A stretch of DNA of 64,000 nt, taken from assembly GCA_030295235.1 (NCBI GenBank), contig AP026149.1, forward strand, positions 682,001 to 746,000, read 5' to 3'. This DNA is from Fistulifera solaris. Its lineage: Eukaryota. Within the stretch, counting starts at the first letter, position 1. Each line of letters begins with the position of its first letter. Shown piece by piece: positions 58,651 through 64,000 of the stretch. The translations under genes were made by a program, and so were the position numbers. The notes under the pieces are model-generated. The model had not been told where the DNA came from, searched no databases, and saw only the letters and a list, made by a program, of their open reading frames with translations.

Positions 58651-60265
58651 TGTTGTTAGTAATGCTTCCGTGCTATTCTCTGCAAGGATTAGTTGCTGTG
58701 CTTACAATGGCTTGCCTGTAAGTTTGCTTTATTTGTTTTTCCACTTGTGGACTTGTGTGGCGACGAGGGTCAGGAAAACCTTTGCAAATGGAAAACGGAA
58801 GGCGCAAAAAGAGAACCAGGTGGAAGACGGATGTCACGTGACAAATTTCTTCTTTAACCCACGCAAAGGGCAATATGGAGAAACGAACACCAGAAGAACA
58901 CTACTTTGTTAAAATGACTTGCTACAACTGATAGGGCCTGCGAATCATTCTATGGAATCATATGGGGAACATATGACTCAATTTCACGTTCCGAGTTCCG
59001 ATGTTCCGATGTTTCGTATTCAATCTTACTTTTATGTGTGATGTGGGACGTTGAAGTCGCCTTCTTTCTGCTCTTGAAGTAAAATGAGGTCTATAAGTCT
59101 TTAAGCCTTCATTTTTTGCCCATAATTTGAAATCGTGGAAAGACTTTTGAATGAATGCAAACAGTTCGTTAGAAAATGAAATTTGAGTATCCTCTATGTA
59201 GTAATTTCTTGGTCTTTCGAATGTTGACCAATCAAAACTTTTCAATGATCCTTGCGTTACTCACGTTCGCAGTAGGGAAGATGAGATGATGCTGCTTCAT
59301 TCGTCACTACTTGGACCTTGGACCTGGACCTGGACCTGGTATTACGATGTTGATATTCGTAAAATCCAAATATCGATATTTGTCGAACTATAGAAATGAC
59401 CGCTTTAATCTCTCAGTAATGTTGTAATTTGTAATGGCGTACCTTGCATCGTATGTAGGATCGTACCAGGTACGTTTGTGCAGTGTGCCGTCGATTGTTG
59501 AAGGAGGAGAGAGGAGACGAATTTGAGTTTTGGCATCCATGCATTCAAGTTTGATTTTGGGGAGAGAAGGTCTTTGACAGTTCGCGAAATGGCCATTGGA
59601 TTACTTATAATAGATTTTTGAGGCTTAGCTTATGCTTACGACTCTCCATGTGATAGAGAAAAGCGATAAAGACGAGGTCATATCAAACGCTTTAAGAGTG
59701 ATGAAACCAAACCATTGTTCTTTATCCGTCGGAACACCACGCTTCAAAACCGTTCGCGCTACGAGGATCATTACTCGACATATCTTAGCCATCGAACTCC
59801 TACTCATCCTGATTTGGTGACACAGTAGATAATTTAAATATTTGTTACCTGCATTTAGTGTCCGCTTCCAGCTGATGTTTCATGCTCTCGCTGGAGTTGC
59901 GAGTGGCTTTTATCGAAGTAAACGACGAAGAGAGATACCAACTGGATTTGCACAAAAACATTTAGAACGAAAACGCCGAAGGATCGTTTGGGGCTTGCAA
60001 GTTAAAAGGTAGGACCTTTTGCATTCAAAGAAAGCTCTTCAATCGCTACAGTTGTGTTTACGACAACAACCATGGAGAGAGGAATAGCAATCCATAGGTG
60101 ATTCTGCCCTATTCTCTTCGTCTCGTCTGACAAAGCAGTTACTCGCCCCTAAAAGGTAAAATCAAAGCATAAATGCCCAAAGTTGGCATTGAGTAAACTT
60201 CAAAGTGTAAATCCTAGATTCACTGATATATGTACATCTTAAGAGCCAAAGGAAAAGCAATGTTC

Positions 60266-61012
60266 CTAGCTTCGCCTTTTCCGAGCATATGGTGAATGAT
60301 TCAAACAAAAGCAAATGAAAAAGCCCAGAGCGAAAACCGCCGTCAAAACAATTGATGAAATAAATACGGCAAAGATCGGTGTCGAGGAGTCGGATGACAC
60401 CGAAGGTAGATCGCCTCTGAATTCGTTATCTTCGGGCGCCGATTCCATAACCGGTTCCGATGGCGAGGCCGGCCCGATATCCCTTTCTGGCTTGGTAGGA
60501 GGCGCTGTAGACGGTGTTATAGAAGCAAACTCCATAGGGATGTCGTCGCTTTGTGGGTCCAAGGCAAATACATAAATAGCCATGCCAGCAATCGCCAGAC
60601 AAGAGAGGAACGCACATGTCATCGACATTCGAAGCATCCACTTCGTATAGCCAGGTGTTTCTATTAACTTTCCTTCGATCAAGGGTGCGTTGAAGATTTC
60701 CAACATTTTGGCTTCTCGGGCTTCATCTACAGGGACAGCGAGCGCTTCGGGAGTTGCAATCTCGATGTCGGCGGTTGTCGGACTTGATGGATTTTCCTCA
60801 TCGACTTGTACGTGACACGATGTCTCGTCAGTTTGTTGTAGATCTAAATCCTCCTTGGCTAGCGCGAAGTCGTCGAACTGGATTGTTGCGGCTTCATTGT
60901 TAGTCAGGCCAACGTGATGAGATAACTCAGGCGTTTGATCATTGTGGACTACGCTTTGTTGCTTTTCAGAGGGAGCTGCGAATTGTTTAGTAGCTTTCTC
61001 TCTTGCTGACAT
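60266..61012 (-). CDS. Uncharacterised two-TM protein with Pro/Ser/Thr-rich loop (paralog A)
   Basis: AVPVDEAREAKMLEIFNAP..TCAFLSCLAIAGMAIYVF, TPSTAPPT loop, second TM and basic tail. Confidence 0.75.
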   Translation of the reverse strand: MSAREKATKQFAAPSEKQQSVVHNDQTPELSHHVGLTNNEAATIQFDDFALAKEDLDLQQTDETSCHVQVDEENPSSPTTADIEIATPEALAVPVDEAREAKMLEIFNAPLIEGKLIETPGYTKWMLRMSMTCAFLSCLAIAGMAIYVFALDPQSDDIPMEFASITPSTAPPTKPERDIGPASPSEPVMESAPEDNEFRGDLPSVSSDSSTPIFAVFISSIVLTAVFALGFFICFCLNHSPYARKRRS

Positions 61013-61568
61013 AACGTCAAGTGAAACCTCTATTTAAAAGGGCATACGAAGATAATGTTGACTGACAAATTTATCGGAGTAAATTTATGCGAAAGATCGT
61101 GCGAAAAGGCAAATGCTTTCGTTGTTGACCATCGCATGGCGGCAAAGCTGGGCGGCAGCATGCAGGATGCAAGCTCATTGTTCCCAAACGTGCACCTACG
61201 AGACTGTAGAGATAAGAGCAGCACGCCTGTCCCCATTCGGAAGCATGAAATATCTGTTCCAAATGAATACTTTGTATGCAGTAGCGAATTGTCACTGTAA
61301 CTTCTGTATAGGACAGGGAGTAAAAGACACGACACACACAAAAAACCCTCCACCCTCAGCACCGAAGCGACAGGGAAACGGCAAGCTCTAGGGAGATAGA
61401 CCGATACCAATAGCCGTAGTCCGTAGGTGACCTTAGGAAGCTGAAAGACAAAAATGCCCCTCTTCTCTCATCAACGGAACCGTACCGACATGTATATTTC
61501 CGATCATCAGTGAAACCAGAACAATACTTAGCGCGTGCACTTTGAAGAACCGGAACACCAAACACCGA

Positions 61569-62672
61569 CTACTTGTCGACGGTGTGCGGTAATCCTTGTG
61601 CTCTCTTCCGGATTTGCCAGTGTGCGACAAATGCGCTTATCGCCACGACGGCACTGAGGGTAATCAAGGTGGAAATGAAACCCATGGCAAGAGTCGAAGG
61701 CTGCGATGTAGATGTGTCCAGAGTATCATCCTGCTTGGGAAGAGACGTTGGTGGAGCGGTAGGCTCCTTCTTTCCGGTAGCTATTGTCGGCGGTAACGTA
61801 GTTCTTCCATTAGGTACCATGACGGTCCCAACAGGTGCTGAATCCGCCATTTCGGACTGCGGAGGTAATACAGGAGGAACGGTTTCGTTACCCACGGCTA
61901 TGAAGGTGGAACTAATCGGGGCGGGCGCCATGTCACTTTCCGGGTCAACGTAGAGTGTCGGAAAAAACGTAGAAGACGTCAAAGTCGAGACCGCGGATGG
62001 AGACAATGTCGGAGCCGGAGTTGGAATCGGTTGCACCTCATTCGGTTTGACGACAAACACAAAGACCGCCATTCCAGCAATGCCCATGAGCGACAAGAAC
62101 GTACAAGTGAGCGAAATGGGCAAAAGATACCGTGCATATTTGGGAGCAGACACCGCTTCTCCTTGCACGACAGGTGCGTGTAGAATCTCTAACAATTTTG
62201 CTTCCTGTTGCTCATCGACAGGTTCCGCTTGTATATCGGGAGGCAACATGTACGTTTCTTTGCTTAGGACAGGATCCACATCGTCGCTATTCCCTGCTTC
62301 CACAGTGCAAGCACTACTCCTGTTCGAGTGAAGACTTACAGTCCCCAATTCTTCGACGGATGGAGGTCTTTCTTCGTCATGTTGTTGCTCCTCATTATCA
62401 TCTTCTTCATCGCTTTCTTCCAAATCCCAGGCATCCTCTTCTTGTTGCTCCGCAGTCATGACGCGACTCCCAATCATATGCACTGCACCCGGTTGAGAAG
62501 GCAATTCTTCTCCATCCGGAAAAACATCGACACGAGAAGGCTTAATATCCGAATGACTTTCGTGCTGTGATTGTTGTTGATGCTGTTGCTTCAAACAACA
62601 CGATGATGGTATGCCTGCATGAACCGTCAGTGTTCCTTGTTGATGATTGTTTGTTTCAGGTGCAGTTGTCAT
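61569..62672 (-). CDS. Uncharacterised two-TM protein with Pro/Thr-rich loop (paralog B)
   Basis: QPGAVHM motif, AEPVDEQQEAKLLEILHAP..TCTFLSLMGIAGMAVFVF, PTPAPTLSPS/PTAPPT repeats, second TM; ATG at 62672. Confidence 0.78.
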   Translation of the reverse strand: MTTAPETNNHQQGTLTVHAGIPSSCCLKQQHQQQSQHESHSDIKPSRVDVFPDGEELPSQPGAVHMIGSRVMTAEQQEEDAWDLEESDEEDDNEEQQHDEERPPSVEELGTVSLHSNRSSACTVEAGNSDDVDPVLSKETYMLPPDIQAEPVDEQQEAKLLEILHAPVVQGEAVSAPKYARYLLPISLTCTFLSLMGIAGMAVFVFVVKPNEVQPIPTPAPTLSPSAVSTLTSSTFFPTLYVDPESDMAPAPISSTFIAVGNETVPPVLPPQSEMADSAPVGTVMVPNGRTTLPPTIATGKKEPTAPPTSLPKQDDTLDTSTSQPSTLAMGFISTLITLSAVVAISAFVAHWQIRKRAQGLPHTVDK

Positions 62673-63245
62673 GATTCTTTTAACGCTTTCTATTAAATTA
62701 AATAAAATAGCTTGAAAACGGAAAGAGAGAGTGTTGCTTTTGAGATGTTTTTTTTTGTCACGACGCAGTTTCAAACAACGCGGTTTCGCTCGTCGCTCTT
62801 TGCTGTTTAGCCTTTTTCTCCTTGGTTTCATTTGTTAGGTTACCTGGTACAGTCGGTACAGTATGCTTTTCACGACAAACGAAGCACGAATACTATAATG
62901 TTGATGAGTGGTTTGAAATGACAGCGGTTCGCATGGCACTGTCTTGTAGAAAGCACTAAATGACTCCTCCTTCCTTCAAAATCTACTATGGGTTAAGAAT
63001 GCTCTGGGCACAATGTTTGCTAAGTATAAAAATAGTCTTCCATAGTACAAACTCTATTCTTGTCGTAGTCAGTCACGTTGACGTTTGATGCGTTGAATAA
63101 GTGGCAGATCCAGATCATAATTTCACTCCCTTTTTCTGCTTCCGCGTACAAAACAGTCCATTGGTTTGCAAAAGCACGAATCAATCTCGACGGCTGAGCG
63201 TAGCTTCTCTTCATCAAATAATAAAAAAAGTAAACGAGAAAGAGA

Positions 63246-64000
63246 ATGACGCTTAAAACAGTGGAAGTACTAGCACCCGGCAATCTTCCGGAAGGATATG
63301 TTTTTGATGCGACAGTCGATGGTGTTATCGTGAGTCTCCTTTCTCTTCTAAAAGTGAATAAAACGAATGAATATTCTCATGTTGTCTTTCCTTTCTCTTT
63401 CAACTAAGTTCGCTGTGACTGTTCCCGAGGGAGGCGTGGAAGAAGGACAGCCGATTCGTGTTGCCTATCCCGTTCCGTCCGCTCCCATCCTCGTTGCGGC
63501 GACACCGATTGTAGAAACGCCAAGCACATCCTCGTTTCTACAACCGGATGGAACACGCGTTACCGAAATCAAGAATACTGATGGGACGAGTACGGTCATT
63601 CGAGAGACGCCTCGTATCGAGGGCGGCTCAGAATATCAACCGTTGGCTCCAACGGGTCGCTTTCGCAACGGCATGTGCGATTGTTTCGAAGTATTTTGTT
63701 CTGGAAGATTTTGGGTGAGTTTTTGAGTGCGATTCTGACGTAGTGATTTTCCTCTCGTCGCTTCATACTGATGCATTTTCAAATCCTTTGTCACGCAGAT
63801 GGCTTGCTGTTGCATCGGCTGTTACATGGGACAGATTATGCAACGATTCAAATTGAATCCTTTCGGTGCACCGGGCAATTATCAAAACACGTGCTTGATC
63901 TGCACCGTTGCTTTCACCATCCTTATTATAGTGTCGTGGATTCTGACGGCTGCGTTTGGGACAAACTGTAAGTAGTTGATACGTGGTTAGATATTTGATG
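63246..64000 (+). CDS. PLAC8-family Cys-rich membrane protein, truncated at window end (exons ~63246-63329, 63409-63714, 63799-63967)
   Basis: VEVLAPGNLPEGYVFDA-FAVTVPEGGVEEGQ, PTGRFRNGMCDCF, MACCC..MGQIMQR.KL; GT-AG introns join the exons in frame. Confidence 0.8.

Noticed and set aside
58900..60200. Long intergenic stretch with short ORFs and a GGACCT tandem run as a transposon
   Set aside because: No terminal repeats, transposase or reverse-transcriptase motifs recognisable.

Overview
Gene-dense eukaryotic nuclear DNA with short GT-AG introns, short intergenic gaps, bipartite signal+transit peptides and tandem HSF genes. This fits a pennate diatom (inferred; species not established). I can support 26 protein genes: RecQ/WRN-like helicase, putative thylakoid-lumen protein, RPB4, COG0523/CobW GTPase, RNase HII-methyltransferase fusion, PSTK, multi-TM protein, ~16 kb VPS13 with PDZ and two C2 domains, ABCG half transporter, FKBP-TPR protein, FCF2, cytochrome b561, FTR1 iron permease, degenerate DenD-like SDR, ChaN-like protein, two HSFs, two PPxxPxRxxS-motif paralogs, DNA ligase I, GT23-like glycosyltransferase, SET/MYND-JmjC fusion, Lys-rich protein, two paralogous 2-TM proteins and a truncated PLAC8 protein. 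Many genes, including essential LIG1, carry single-base frameshifts, mostly in homopolymers; these are most likely assembly errors. Best leads: the SMYD5-like/JMJD5-like fusion, the RNase HII-methyltransferase fusion with an altered active site, a co-oriented iron/haem gene cluster, and two recurring intergenic motifs (AGTCATGAGT, TACCWGGTA). No rRNA, tRNA, CRISPR array or intact transposon was recognised. All family calls come from motif recognition by eye, not database searches.
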